Assembly (NCBI GenBank): GCA_028534125.1
Contig: CM052817.1
Location: forward strand, 36,458,001 to 36,522,000
Source: Lama glama
Lineage: Eukaryota
Reading direction: 5' to 3'
Length of the DNA stretch: 64,000 nt
Shown: positions 42,419 through 54,085 of the stretch, piece after piece
Layout of the letters: every line of letters begins with the position of its first letter
Position numbering within the stretch: the first letter of the stretch is position 1
The notes under the pieces: generated by a model
What the model saw: the letters and a program-made list of their open reading frames with translations, nothing else
What the model was told of the DNA's origin: nothing
Database searches by the model: none
Position numbers and translations under genes: made by a program

Positions 42419-42446
<28 letters not shown>
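42419..42446. repeat. (TA)n microsatellite
   Basis: Read directly. Confidence 0.95.
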
Positions 42447-42450
<4 letters not shown>

Positions 42451-42679
42451 TATTCTAAAGTAAAATCATGCTACAAGATTTTATAGGGTCCAAAGACAAG
42501 ATTTAAAAATTCTTTGTGTGAACGTTTTGGCAGTTGTTCTGGTGACACAGAGAACGGACATCTGGACTAGAAATTCTGGATAGAACAGCCTAAACTGGAA
42601 AAATACACCCTAATATCCCATGTTTTAGGCATAAGGTCAAAAGTAGCATACAGGTTCTGACCTGGAAAATTGCTGAATC

Positions 42680-43180
42680 TGATGCAGGAAAAGAAAAAAT
42701 GTTGCCCTCTACCCTCCTAGGTCCTCTGGCTGGGGCCCTGGAAATTAAATTGACAAAAGACAAATTAAAGAGAGAAAAAAACAGTTTTAACTGGATAAGT
42801 ACGCATGGAAATTTTACAAAGAAACGAGACTCTCAGAGACCAGATGATCGAGGTTTATATACTGTATTAGGCTAAACAAAGGGAAAGGGATTTGGGGCTT
42901 CTGAGTGGGGGAGGCAGGGATGTGAGGGAGGAAATGTATAGTAAATAAGGGTTTTCTCTCAGGTGATAAAAGTTGTCTCTGGGAGTAGTTCTCTTCCTGG
43001 TACTTCCTGGAGCCACTATTAGAGATGGAAATTTCCTTTGTGAATGTAAATTTCCTTTACTAAAGGGGAAATGTATACTCTATTTTTATGCAGGGGGAGT
43101 ACCCTCCTGCACCTCCTGCTTCTTGGTTGCCTTTAGTTCAAAATACTCCAAAGAGGTGTATTTTGGGGGTCGCATATTGT
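42680..43180 (-). mobile_element. Second MER34-like ERV1 LTR
   Basis: Shares aagaca.attaa..agagaaaaa and gtattttgggg..catatt motifs with 23341-23846. Confidence 0.7.
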
Positions 43181-43357
43181 GAGTATATACTTCACAATAT
43201 ACATATACTTCACTGAGTATACAAAAATTTCCAACTCTAATGTTTTAACAAGAAAAAAATTGATTATTCATTAGCAAATGTTAATAAAATCATCAGTTCA
43301 TTATTACACAGTATTTGGCTCCCAGGAGCATTAGTAACTCACTAGGAAAACAGGTAG

Positions 43358-43693
43358 TGTTAAATCAGTTAAACAAGAAGGCCATTAGACTTAGATGGTT
43401 TAATGCCTTAGTAGCTCTCTTAAGCAAACCTAAACTTGAGCCTGTAGTGCCCTGCGTTAAGAAATGGAAACCTAAGGACAACCAACCACAAAGCCAAATA
43501 GACTTTCCCAAACAAGGTAATTGTTTAAGCTGTAGCCAATCAAATAATTTTCTTGCTTGGCTTTCACATCTTCTATGTAAAATCTTGCCTCCAGCTGCAC
43601 TCCTAACCACTTCTGGTTTGGTGCTGACCACTGTCAATCAATTTTTGCTCAAACTCTGAAAATATTTAATATGCCTCAATTTATCTCGTAACA
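43358..43693 (+). mobile_element. ERV1-class solo LTR (MER57/MER110-like, family uncertain)
   Basis: TGTTAAA...gaaggccattag start, gtagccaatca CCAAT box, ...taaCA end. Confidence 0.6.
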
Positions 43694-44479
43694 TTCCATT
43701 CTAGTGGTTCATTAGCGTAAATCTCAAATAGCTTATATCCTCACTTTGTATTTTATAAGGCCCCCTGCCATCTACCCACCTACAGCCTTATGACCTGTCT
43801 TAGGTATAATTTTTTGATAGTCACTATTATCAAATAGTTCAATTCTTTAAACTATAAAGTGTGGGAAAAAATGAGCTCAACTTAATGAAGGTATAGAGTG
43901 TTGCATTCACATGATTCTTTTAGGCATTATGCAGTGATCCCTTATGCTGAGTATGTGTACATTTGTACTACATTTAGCCATGCTTCAGAGATTCAAAGAG
44001 CAGTATATAATTCAAAAGAAGTAAACTGCTGGTTTTATTCCTCATCAACGTGGTAGGATGTAGAATGGTATGGTTTTCAAGTATATGTCCAAGGACTGTA
44101 TTAGCACCAAACATATGCATATTCTTCAGGACAACCTATCTGACCTGGCTTATCATATGACTGTGGACTACAGTCTTATTATAGTAAAAGGATGTAGCAA
44201 AGTCATAATGTTCTCAAATCCTGGACATGCACTTTTGCAACTGCTTAAAAAGAAGGTGAAAATGCCAAACATAATTCAAAATGTTTCCAAACTTAAAATT
44301 TCTCATGTCAACAGTTCCTTGTTGCCCAAAGTTTTCACATTTGTGAGAGCAAAACCCTTCATTATCTGGTCCAAATGTTTGAGATATCGCAATACACGGT
44401 ACTACATTATTGAACAGATTAAAAATAACTTAATTGTATTTAAAACTCGGCCACCAAAATGTTCCACCAAAAGAAAAGG

Positions 44480-45120
44480 TCATTGTCAAAAGACATGTAC
44501 TAGAATGTTCATAGTAGCACTATCTGTAATGCACCAAACTGAAAACTACCCACCAGAAGGACGTCCATCAGAAGGACGTCCAATTCAAAACTGTGGTATA
44601 TTCAAAGAATGAAATAAAATGAATAATCTACAACTATATGCAACAATATAGAAGGATCTCACACATATAAGGTTGAATAAGGAAGCCAAACACAAAAGAA
44701 TGCATACTTTATGATTCTATATATATCAAGTCCAAAGACAGGCCAAAGTAATCTATGTTGTTGAAAGTCAGGATAGGCAATGACTGAACGGCAGTATGAT
44801 GGGATCCCTGGGTGTTAATATGTTTTGTTTCTTGATCTGGGTGGTGGATACACAGGCATGTTCAGATTGTGAAAATTCATTGAGATGTGTATACACTTGG
44901 GATATGTGCACTTTTCTGTATATATGTGTGTGTGTGTGTGTACATATTTATTTGCTTATTTACCTGTTTTCTTCCTTTTCCTCCTCATTAGACAAAAGCT
45001 TTATGAGGCAGCTATCAAGTCTGTTTACGTCAAGATTGTATCTCGAACGCCTAGAACAGTGCCTGGAATACAAAAGGTCCTCCGTAAGTACAGAAATACC
45101 TGTTGACTAAATGAATCAAC
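44480..45120 (+). mobile_element. Old L1 3' fragment (~44480-44930) and L2 tail (~44970-45120)
   Basis: agaatgttcatagtagcac, tttcttgatctgggtggtgg; cctagaacagtgcctgg. Confidence 0.7.
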
Positions 45121-45249
45121 ATTCTCAAGGGATCACGAGATGCCTGTTCAGTCACGAAGAACGTCACACTGCGAGTTTTTCAAAGAATAACAATGAAACC
45201 ATATACCTTTCAATCCCTTTGCCCAGGCAAAGTGTTGGCATTCCGTTCT

Positions 45250-46560
45250 TGCTTTCCTAGTTGTCACAACTACCACCCAATTGCCCGAGCGACACACCCC
45301 CCATCTCCTCGAGGGGCGGGCGAGGTACCAAATTTCCAGTCCTCGTCCACCGCCGAGGGGCTCTCTCATTGGCCAGCGCGCCAAGGCCCTCGGGAGGGCG
45401 GATATCTCCAGGAGCCGCTACTGGTGCAAGGCGACGTCGCTCTACGGTGCGCGGCTGAAAGTCAGCCAAGTCAAACAGCCCTCTCGGGGAGGCTCGGTCC
45501 TATCGGAACCTGTGATTGGCTGTGATCGAGGGTCCGGGCGGCGGGCCCGCCGCCTCCTCAGGCGCGGAATGGCCGGAGCTGCCGTCAGTCAGCGGGAACA
45601 GACTTCCCCTTTCTATCTGGCCCACTGCAGACGAAAAATTCTCCAGAATTTCCCGAGACGAGCCAGTGGCTGTTTTAACTGCTTGTTCCAGAGATTGGAA
45701 ACATAGGCGAAGACAATCTTATTTACAGAAAGCCCCTTTCCCGCCCTCCGTTAGCTAATTAAACTTTTTTTTCAGGGACATTGCCATCACGAGGTAAGAA
45801 CATGGAGAAGTGCACTTCATTTATTTGGTGACCGTTTATAGTATTATTTACAGGAGGGGTCGCATCCCACCAGTCCTGGTCCGCGGGATGGAGAGTGAAC
45901 GGAGCAGGCCTCCCCAGGGAGGGGAGGGGACATGTGGGTTTAATTTCCCCAGCCCTAGCCCGGCGGTCAGTGTCTGAGTTCGCTGTGCGCCGCTTTCTTC
46001 CCTTTTGAGGTCCGGAGCCGCAGGGCGGGGCGGGGCCCACACTGCCTGAGCACGGGCTGCGAGCATTTCCAGCGGAGACTCCGCTCGGCCTGAATTTGAC
46101 GGCAGGCTTGAGGCGAGTGCCGAGCAAGTGCTGTGGGCCGGGTTGGAAGGAGGGTAAGGGAACATGGAAGGGACGCTGGACGGGAGGCAGGGGCTGCCCG
46201 CTCTCGTTTCCCGTTAGTGAAGCCCCAATCCCCAGACCCGAGGATGCTGCGGGGTTAAGCGGCTCGTGCCGCTGCAGCTGCACCCGGGCCGAGGGAGACG
46301 TGGCGACACCCGGAATCTACGAGGAGAGGGTGGTTGGGAGGCGGAGACCGCGAGGCGGAAGGTGCTGCGGGGAACCCAGCCATTCTGCAGTGCCGCGCTC
46401 TGTGCGGACGGGAGGGTGTGCTTCCTGCCGAGGTCCACACTGGCCACTCATCTGTCACCTCTAGCGAACCCAGCCCAGGATCCCAAACTGTCCAACGGTG
46501 AGCTTTTCAGGGGATCGGAATAGAGAAGGATGCAGAGACCTGGCTGGTGTCGATCTGAGG
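45250..46560 (+). promoter_or_regulatory. PPM1K: CpG-island promoter of PPM1K
   Basis: Only CpG-rich block in the window; CCAAT/ATTGG boxes near 45278, 45369, 45515, 45694; GC boxes near 45313 and 46023; palindrome GCGACGTCGC at 45431-45440. Confidence 0.9.
45585..45793 (+). other. PPM1K: Probable non-coding exon 1 of PPM1K (start approximate)
   Basis: Inr-like TCAGTC about 70 nt after an ATTGG box; strong donor GAG|GTAAGA at 45793|45794. Confidence 0.55.
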
Positions 46561-49500
46561 ACGTGGGTTTTGCTTTGCCAGAACAATCATAATCTCAAGG
46601 CCTCTGGCTATTGTCTTTTTAGCAACCGCTTTCTGTAGATTAGCGATTTCAAAGAGGTGACAAAAACGAGACTCCGGGTAGAAATAGCCCGGGAATTTGG
46701 AGTCTCTAAAGCTCCACTGGCCTTTCTGAACTTCAGACTGGAAATGTGCAGCAAGGCCTCTTCAGTCCCTTGCACCCTCCGGAGGAACGAACGAGGTTGT
46801 CGGCAGTTTCAGAAAGAGCAGCTAAAATGACAAATTATAATGGCCTTGAAAAACAGAAATGGTGTCATACAATTCTAGGGGGGAAAAAATGAGTGCACCA
46901 CTGTGTCATAAAATATTTCAGTTATAATTTTTCAGAAGTGAGTTCTCACTGATGATTTTTTTCTTGCAACCTTAAGTCACTTTCTATTGACCACCGACAC
47001 AGGCACCTCCCTTGACAGGAATCTTAGAGAAGAGGAAAGAAGAGGGGAGAAGTGCGGGTGATGTAGTATAGACTGTAAGGGAAAATTCTTTTTAAATGAA
47101 GATTGGGAATATGGCCTGTGAGTTGTATCCACATTAACTGAAATGTTTTAAAAGATATTTATGGAATTAGAATAATGAATAATTTTTATTACTCCCACGT
47201 TTTCTCTGTTCACACATTTAAACATATGTTCACATCAAATCTAAGGGAAGTCATTTGAGGTCTGTTGTTTTTGTGTTTTCCCTCATCTAGACTAGTACAT
47301 TTTCTTTCCCTTTCTCCTAGCAGGGTACTAATAAAGAGGATATTGGAGTCCAAATTTCCTGAGATACATCCTGGAGGGTTCTGTAACATTTGAATTTATT
47401 GGGATGCATTGGTTGTTTTTTGTAGAGTCAATAAAAAAAATTTTAAGAATATTAAAATCACCTGTGTTTCCATTGTGGGAGTTGCTGATGTAAAGATACC
47501 TGAATGCCAATTTATAATGGACAGATATGAATAGTTATATGAAACTTAAATAGTTTTGCTGGAGGGATAAATCTAAACAGGTTTCAGTAGTACTGATCCT
47601 TAAAACTCCTGAATGATTTTGGCACGTGCTTAACATGACAGCAATAGACTGCTCTTCTGACCTGCTTTCAACAGTGAAGAGCAGTTTAACTCAAATCCCA
47701 AGTGCACCCTTCTGCCAGAGACCCATGAGTGCCTCCCTTTTCCAAGAATATATTTGGACAGCTCTGAGGTGTTTAAACCTTTGTAGGATTATAAAGTTGG
47801 AATAAGATGAAAATGTAAACTTGGCATAGCAGTCTTGTAGGTGTACCTGTGACTTTTCCTCACCATCCCCCTCCTTTATTTTTAAATCAGGTATATGCTT
47901 CAAAAATTTCCTACAAATCAAATGCATTTTTCCCCCTTCCTGTGATGCTTTTCACTTGAGATTTCCTACCCTCACGATGTGGCTTCTCACTAGAGCTCTC
48001 ATGTGGAATCTATGCCTACTTCTGTGGACTCAGCATTTAACCCTCTTGGAATCCTGCCGCATTTCCCTCTCTGCTAGTCAGTATTGAAATCAGGAGTCAA
48101 CTTCGTTCAACAGTCAGAGTTTTGTGTCAGAACTTTATAAAGTATCAGATTAACCAGATTAACTGAGGAGGAGGAGGGAGAAGGGGGCCTGGTCACACAG
48201 ATGAATGTTAAAATGTTATCCGCCCCCCCCAAAAATAAGGAAAGTGTTTTCAGGGTTTGTTTATTGACAGTGTTTTCAGGGTTTATTTATTGACAGTATG
48301 TGTAGAATATATGCATGCTCACACTCACACATTTTAAACTATTCATGGGATTAAAGTTAATTGTGATCCATGCATTTTGTTTTGATTGGGGAATAAAAAT
48401 GAATTTGGAAAACAGTTTGGCTGAGGTTGAAGATTATCCATTCTTTTCCTTATGGTATGTGATTATCAGTACAGTTAGGTTGCTTATATAAATAATCTGC
48501 TGTGTAGCTAAAATTCCAATCAAGTTGCTTATCTTTATTTTCTTGCTTAGCATAGTTTTTAAATTTTATGTTTGCTAAAAGAATATGATGTGAGGCATAA
48601 TGTGTTCCCACTCTTTTTTTATTTAACTTTTGCTCTGACATTTTTGTGTCCTCAAATAGCTTTCAAGCAGAATTCTGCCCTTGGACTCTTTTGGATTACT
48701 TTGACTTTCAAAGATTGAATACAAATGTTAAAACAAAAATAAGCTAGCCTTGATTTCCGATTGAGAGATTGACATAAAGAGTTCCTGAATAACCGTTTTT
48801 CTTCGGTTTGCAGAATGATAAACGCATGCTAATTTTTAATTGCTGAACTGATAAAATATTTCTTAGTTGTTTGTCAGTTTGTTCTCTACTCTTTGTTATA
48901 AAGAACACTGATTTTTTGGAAGGCTTTTTTTCCCCCACATTATAAATTCTACCTGCTAACCAGTGCCTAGTCATTTCCACGGGCATCTGGAGAGTTGGCT
49001 GGATGGAACCACTTCTTTAGACACTCCCCTGCTTGCATAAGTGGTGCTGACCTGGGTTTGTAAACTAGCTGTATCTCTGGGTTAAACTTCATCCATGTCA
49101 ATGGTATGCCTTAAAGTAAATGTTTTCCTGTGACTATTCTGCTTACTTTCTGAGGTGATCATGCAGATAACAAGTGAGGAAGGAGGCCAGGTTGAAGACT
49201 GATTTTAGTTTATGCAGGCTTAGAGAAACTGCACAACTGCATTTTTTTAGCTCTTAAATAATATTTCCAGGGGCTGTATATTCCCTGGTATGAATGCAGC
49301 TCTGTTTTGTTTTATTTATTTTACTTTTGGAAGCTAGGGAGAGAGAGAAAAAGACAAGCGTATCCTAGAAGAGCTGCAGAAAAACTTTACTCAACATTTA
49401 TTTGTTTGTAATTCTAGAACTCTTGTTTAAAGTAGGTGTGTGACGGCAAAAATGGCCCAAGGCTAGTTATAGTATACATGCTTTGAGATTGAAGCTGAAA

Positions 49501-50124
49501 GAATAGCACTTTGCTAATTTCTGGTGCACCCTTCAGATGTGAATGTTTTCTAATAAACATATTTAACTTTTTTTTTCAATATGGTATAAAGCTGCTTTGC
49601 AAATCAGTAATTAGCACTTAGCTCTCTTACTTGCTAGATTGTATTATAGTTTGAAAGTTCTCCACAAGTTCACTTCTACTTGACACAATTTTTGTTGTTG
49701 AACAAAATATAACTTTCAAACAGAAGCAGAGGAATAAACAGTTCTTTTTTTGTACTGGAATGCGTTGCTTCCCTTTGATACTTGATAACCAGAGTATGTC
49801 TCCCTGCCCCCAATATTGTCACAAAAGAAGTGAGTTTCAGTCTTTAATACATGATATTAGCTAAAAGGCCAAGAAGGGATGGCCTCCTAAGTCTTTCGTG
49901 ATCCATTAATTGTTCCAGAAGTCATCTTCATTCTAAATGCTGTGAAGGTAGGGCTCTGATGCCTTTTGCTGCTTAGATACCTAAGGGCCTCCTCTGGAAC
50001 CTAATCCTTTCCTCCTGCTTTACTTACTGAAAGAAGTAATTGCCCTTTCTACACACAGCTGGACTGATTTGTGACAATTTGTTTGAAAATGAATCTGAGG
50101 TGTATTTTCTTATAGATGCACTCA

Positions 50125-50160
50125 AGCTGGGCTTTGTGTGTGTGTGTGTGTGTGTGTGTG
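50125..50160. repeat. (TG)n microsatellite in intron 1
   Basis: Read directly. Confidence 0.95.
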
Positions 50161-50854
50161 CTTTTTGAGAGGATACATTTTTATCAAGTTCGTTTTTTGT
50201 TGAGATAAATAAAAATACGAAATAAAAAAAACACAGTTGAGAATAATGTAACACCTATATATCCTCCACCAGGATTATCAAATCTAACATTGTGCTGTCT
50301 TTTCAAGTTGGCTTTTAATTCATAACAGAACAAAGTATTATGCAAATGAATTTCTGCTTAGAACTTTATTTGTATGGCAAACTACCAGAAACACAGCCTG
50401 CCGGGGTGTAGGAATTTCCCCTGCTAACACCCAGGGGAGGCTTTCTGATGAATTACAGCTTTTAATGTAAATATATATACCAGTTGCTCATAAATGAGTG
50501 CTGCTTGTCACAAGTGCAGTTCCACCTAATCTTTGAGATCACACACATTGGAACTGGCTCATCCTTGTCTCTGGGAGTGTTTGCGTGAACCAGTTTACAT
50601 TAACATAGTAATAAAGTATGTAAAGTTAATAAGTGGGGAAATCTTAAGACAAACAGAACTTCGATCCTAGATTGTATCTTTGCTAAACTTGAGCACTCTG
50701 AGTACAGAACGATCATAAATATCTAACAACCAGTTATTTTTTCTTATTTCTAATTCTCGTAAGAAGTTTTGTTATTGTTAATATCTATATCTACCTTTTC
50801 TTCAGAGCAATGGAGTTAATGAAGGGAAGAGTATTTATTTACATCTGTTTTCTA

Positions 50855-51020
50855 ATTCTTGCTACTCAAAGTGTGGGCCTGCCAGACCAGCAGTTTGGCA
50901 TCACCAGGGAGCTGGTTTGAAATACAGCATCTCAGCCCTGACCCCAGACAGACTGAATCAGAGTCTACGTTTTAACAAAATCTTCAGGTGACTGTAGGTT
51001 AAAGTTGGAGAAGCACTTGT
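50855..51020. mobile_element. MER5A-like MITE in intron 1
   Basis: tgctactcaaagtgtgg...gcatcacc...actgaatcaga...aaagttggagaagcact. Confidence 0.8.
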
Positions 51021-51299
51021 TCTATATGACATGTGCACATTGTCAATTTTTTTTTATAGAATTTAAACACTCGTGAATAGGGTAGGTGAATTTGATTCTA
51101 CTATTCTTAGCAGTAGGCTGTTAGGTGCCACATTCTTTACAGCCTTCATTTTTGATAATAGCTAATGATAGATCAGTTATATTTGAAATTACCGATGGAG
51201 TCTCTCTGTTTCTCTTTCTACTCAGTTGCATCATTTTTCTGGAAGACCGTCCATTATTGCGCTATTGACCTCTCCCTCATTACCGAGTCCCCTGGAGTT

Positions 51300-51739
51300 A
51301 TGTCAACAGCTGCCTTAATCACTTTGGTTAGAAGCGGTGGGAACCAGGTGAGAAGGAGAGCACTGCTCTGCTCCCGCCTGCTGCAGGACGGCAGGTGGTT
51401 GACGCCTATGTGCCACAGCTCCACTTCAGAGCCCAGGTGCTCTCGGTTTGATCCTGATGGTAGCGGGCGACCAGCCACGTGGGATAATTTTGGCATCTGG
51501 GATAACCGCATTGACGAACCAATTCTGCTGCCACCCAGCATCAAGTATGGCAAGCCAATTCCCAAAATCAGCTTGGCAAATGTGGGCTGCGCCTCGCAGA
51601 TTGGCAAACGAAAAGAGAATGAAGACCGGTTTGACTTTGCTCAGCTAACAGATGAGGTCCTGTACTTTGCGGTGTATGATGGCCACGGGGGACCTGCGGC
51701 TGCTGATTTCTGTCACACCCATATGGAGAAGTGCATCCT
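51300..51739 (+). CDS. PPM1K: PPM1K coding exon 1 (gene exon 2; likely acceptor at 51225): mitochondrial presequence and start of the PP2C domain
   Basis: [20 protein letters not shown]...GKRKENED...[10 protein letters not shown]; donor CT|GTACGT, phase 2. Confidence 0.98.
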
Positions 51740-52272
51740 GTACGTACAATGGCTTTCACTCTATGCATCTTGCCTTGTGCTTCCTGTTTAAACTTTTCAC
51801 GTTGGCTGAGATGTTCACTGTTAACGTACTTATTTGAGTGCTTTGATTCTGTTGTTTTAGTAGCTCAGGCCCGGGGTCTGTTACTGATGATTATTACCAT
51901 TTCAGAAATATGTATGTTTTAACAACTCCCTTGGTGAGAGCATTGACTGAAATCAACGGCACTTGACTTGTGATCATTTCAAGTGAATTAATGTAATAAA
52001 GTTCCCGATCTCATATGCTGTGAGAATCTATGAGAAGCGTTTACTCCTATCAATGCATGGCATATAGTGCTTCAATAAATAGTAATTTCAGGTGGTATGA
52101 ATAGCTTTGAATCCTTGTTGAAAATAGCTTTACATGATTCATTTTAGAATATGAAGAATGCATTTAATGAAGGGGTTTTGGCACTCTTTAAAAAGTTTGT
52201 TTACCGCAATTATTATTATTATTAATGTGTTATTGAGGATCACACTGGTAGAATTAAAAGATGGAGAGGACA

Positions 52273-52378
52273 AGGAGGGGAGAGTAAACAGCTCAGTCGT
52301 AGAGTGCATGCCTAGCATTTAATGCCTCCATTAAAAAATAATCCTGATTACCTCTCGCCCAAACATTTGAAAAAAACT
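52273..52378 (+). mobile_element. tRNA-derived SINE with an internal deletion, intron 2
   Basis: agctcagtcgtagagtgcatgcctagcat head, cctgattacctc tail; B-box region missing. Confidence 0.75.
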
Positions 52379-52584
52379 GGGAGAACATGTAAGTTATGAC
52401 CGCGTGACTATTTCTTCTTCCCAAGCATAGTTATTCATATTGTTCATCAGTTGCTTTATGTATATTTTGCCTTATTCCACAAGGGAACTCAGTGGCTTAA
52501 TTAATATGAAGGAACTCTTGACCTCTCAGGGTTGTGGTAGTGAGGATTAATTTTTTGAGGATGGAGGGACACTCAGACTTGTTC

Positions 52585-52753
52585 TTTTTTTTTTTTTTTA
52601 ATAAAGAACAAAGAATGTTCAAGGGCAATTATTCATTTATTTTTATTGGGGAGGTAATTTATATTTATTGCACTGGAGGTACTGGGGATTGAACTCATGA
52701 CCTTGTGTATGCTAAGCATGCATTCTACCACTGAGCTATACCCCCACCTCCCT
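52585..52753 (-). mobile_element. tRNA-derived SINE, intron 2
   Basis: ggaggtactggggattgaac...ctaccactgagctataccccc; TSD tcagactt/tcagactt. Confidence 0.85.
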
Positions 52754-52961
52754 TCAGACTTCTTTTTATTGTTTTTAAAGACATATCTGTGCCTGATTCT
52801 TTCTCAGTTTGGTTCATTAATATGTGGATTTTAAGCATCTGAAAGGCAGGCCACCGAGGTCCATTGTATGGAATGACTTTGCTAGCTGGAGGGACCAAGA
52901 GGAAGGGGAGAAATCTATTGTAAAAATAATTGTTTGGGGCTCTTTTTTCCTCTCCACAAAG

Positions 52962-53062
52962 GGATTTGCTTCCTAAGGAGGAGAATTTGGAAACTGTGTT
53001 GACCGTGGCTTTTCTAGAAATAGATAAAGCCTTTGCAAGGCACGCCCACCTGTCTGCTGATG
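52962..53062 (+). CDS. PPM1K: PPM1K exon 3
   Basis: Pyrimidine tract and AAG| acceptor; [40 protein letters not shown] donor. Confidence 0.97.
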
Positions 53063-53974
53063 GTAAGTAAAACAATCTCATTCCTTAGGGTCCTGGGGAA
53101 TTTTGGTTAAAAAGGAAACAATTTAATTAAGCCCTTTAGGGGTGGGAATTTTAAAATAAGCTTATTGTAAGGACGCTTATATTGAAAATGATTTTTTTAA
53201 TAATCACTTTAAATGCTGTTTGGAATCAATACTAATGGTAGTATCTCACTTTTAAATGAAATATGTTGAAGATTTTCTTTTTTAGAAATCGAAGCTCCAA
53301 AATGATTCTGATATTGAATTTCAATTTTAAAAAGGTAAAAAAAAATTAAAAATCTGTTTGCTCATTTTATGGACAAGAGGTCTATACAATGAGAGAGTTT
53401 ATTGTTTTTGTTTTTTTAGATGAATCTGATGAGCAAGTACTGAAATACACTACAGGGTAATCTCATCTAGCCAAGGGGTAATTGTTCAGACAAGAAGAAA
53501 ATTGCAATAATTGGCCCTAAATAGGAAAGGACAATGGCTAATGTGTACTACTTTGTATAATTAGAAGGAAGGTATTTTTTTTCTTCCACTTCTTAAAAAA
53601 AAGCTTGATCTTGCAGCTTTCCTGTGGTAACTAGTGATATTTTTGTTTTTATTTGTTAAACACAAGGGCTGAATTTTAGAATTTGTGTACTGTATGTCCT
53701 TAAACTTTGAGAGTAAAATGTTTCTGATTTTGACTAAATTTATCAAAAGTATTTCAGGAAAATGTAGCTCATGTTTTCTAGTCAGCAGGCCCCCAAATTT
53801 ATTGCTTTTAATCTTGAAAGCTGCTGCAGCACCATTTAAATGTATGCATATAGACCTCGTAACTAATTTGAAAATGAATCATGCAATACAATTAGTCTGT
53901 GTTTGGTTCATCCTTTTGTTAAAGGAGGTCAAAGTGTCCCCACAGCAATGTTTTTTTTTTTTTATAATTTACAG

Positions 53975-54085
53975 TCTTATTTCATAGGGATGGAAATTCT
54001 CCCCGTTTCACAGATAAAGAACTGAAACTCAGGGAGAGGTAAAAGGTCAGTTGCAGAGTTAAAGCTAGGACGTTCCTGGCACCCA
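53975..54085 (-). mobile_element. MIR in intron 3
   Basis: ccccgtttcacagataaagaactgaaactcagggagaggtaaa. Confidence 0.7.

Noticed and set aside
23341..43180. Two same-strand MER34-like LTRs as ends of one provirus
   Set aside because: 19 kb apart and highly diverged; the first has its own TSD; no gag, pol or env remnants seen between them.
44070..44612. 180-aa ORF upstream of the promoter
   Set aside because: No recognisable domain; its 3' part runs into an old L1 fragment with a local 15-bp tandem duplication.
1..45000. Exons of a neighbouring gene such as HERC6, or a processed pseudogene
   Set aside because: No RCC1/HECT-like or other recognisable peptide in the ORF track; short exons under 60 aa cannot be fully excluded without a search.
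45148..46523. Dense overlapping ORFs on both strands
   Set aside because: Expected from stop-codon depletion in a GC-rich CpG island.
51225..51233. ATF4/CEBP amino-acid-response-like motif GTTGCATCA at the exon 2 acceptor
   Set aside because: Biologically tempting, but similar 9-mers occur elsewhere (~8961, ~27543), consistent with chance.
51165..51299. 45-aa N-terminal extension in the 208-aa ORF
   Set aside because: It crosses the intron 1 pyrimidine tract and acceptor; the recognised protein starts at MSTAAL (51300).
51254..51607. 117-aa antisense ORF
   Set aside because: Shadow of the PPM1K coding exon; no independent evidence.
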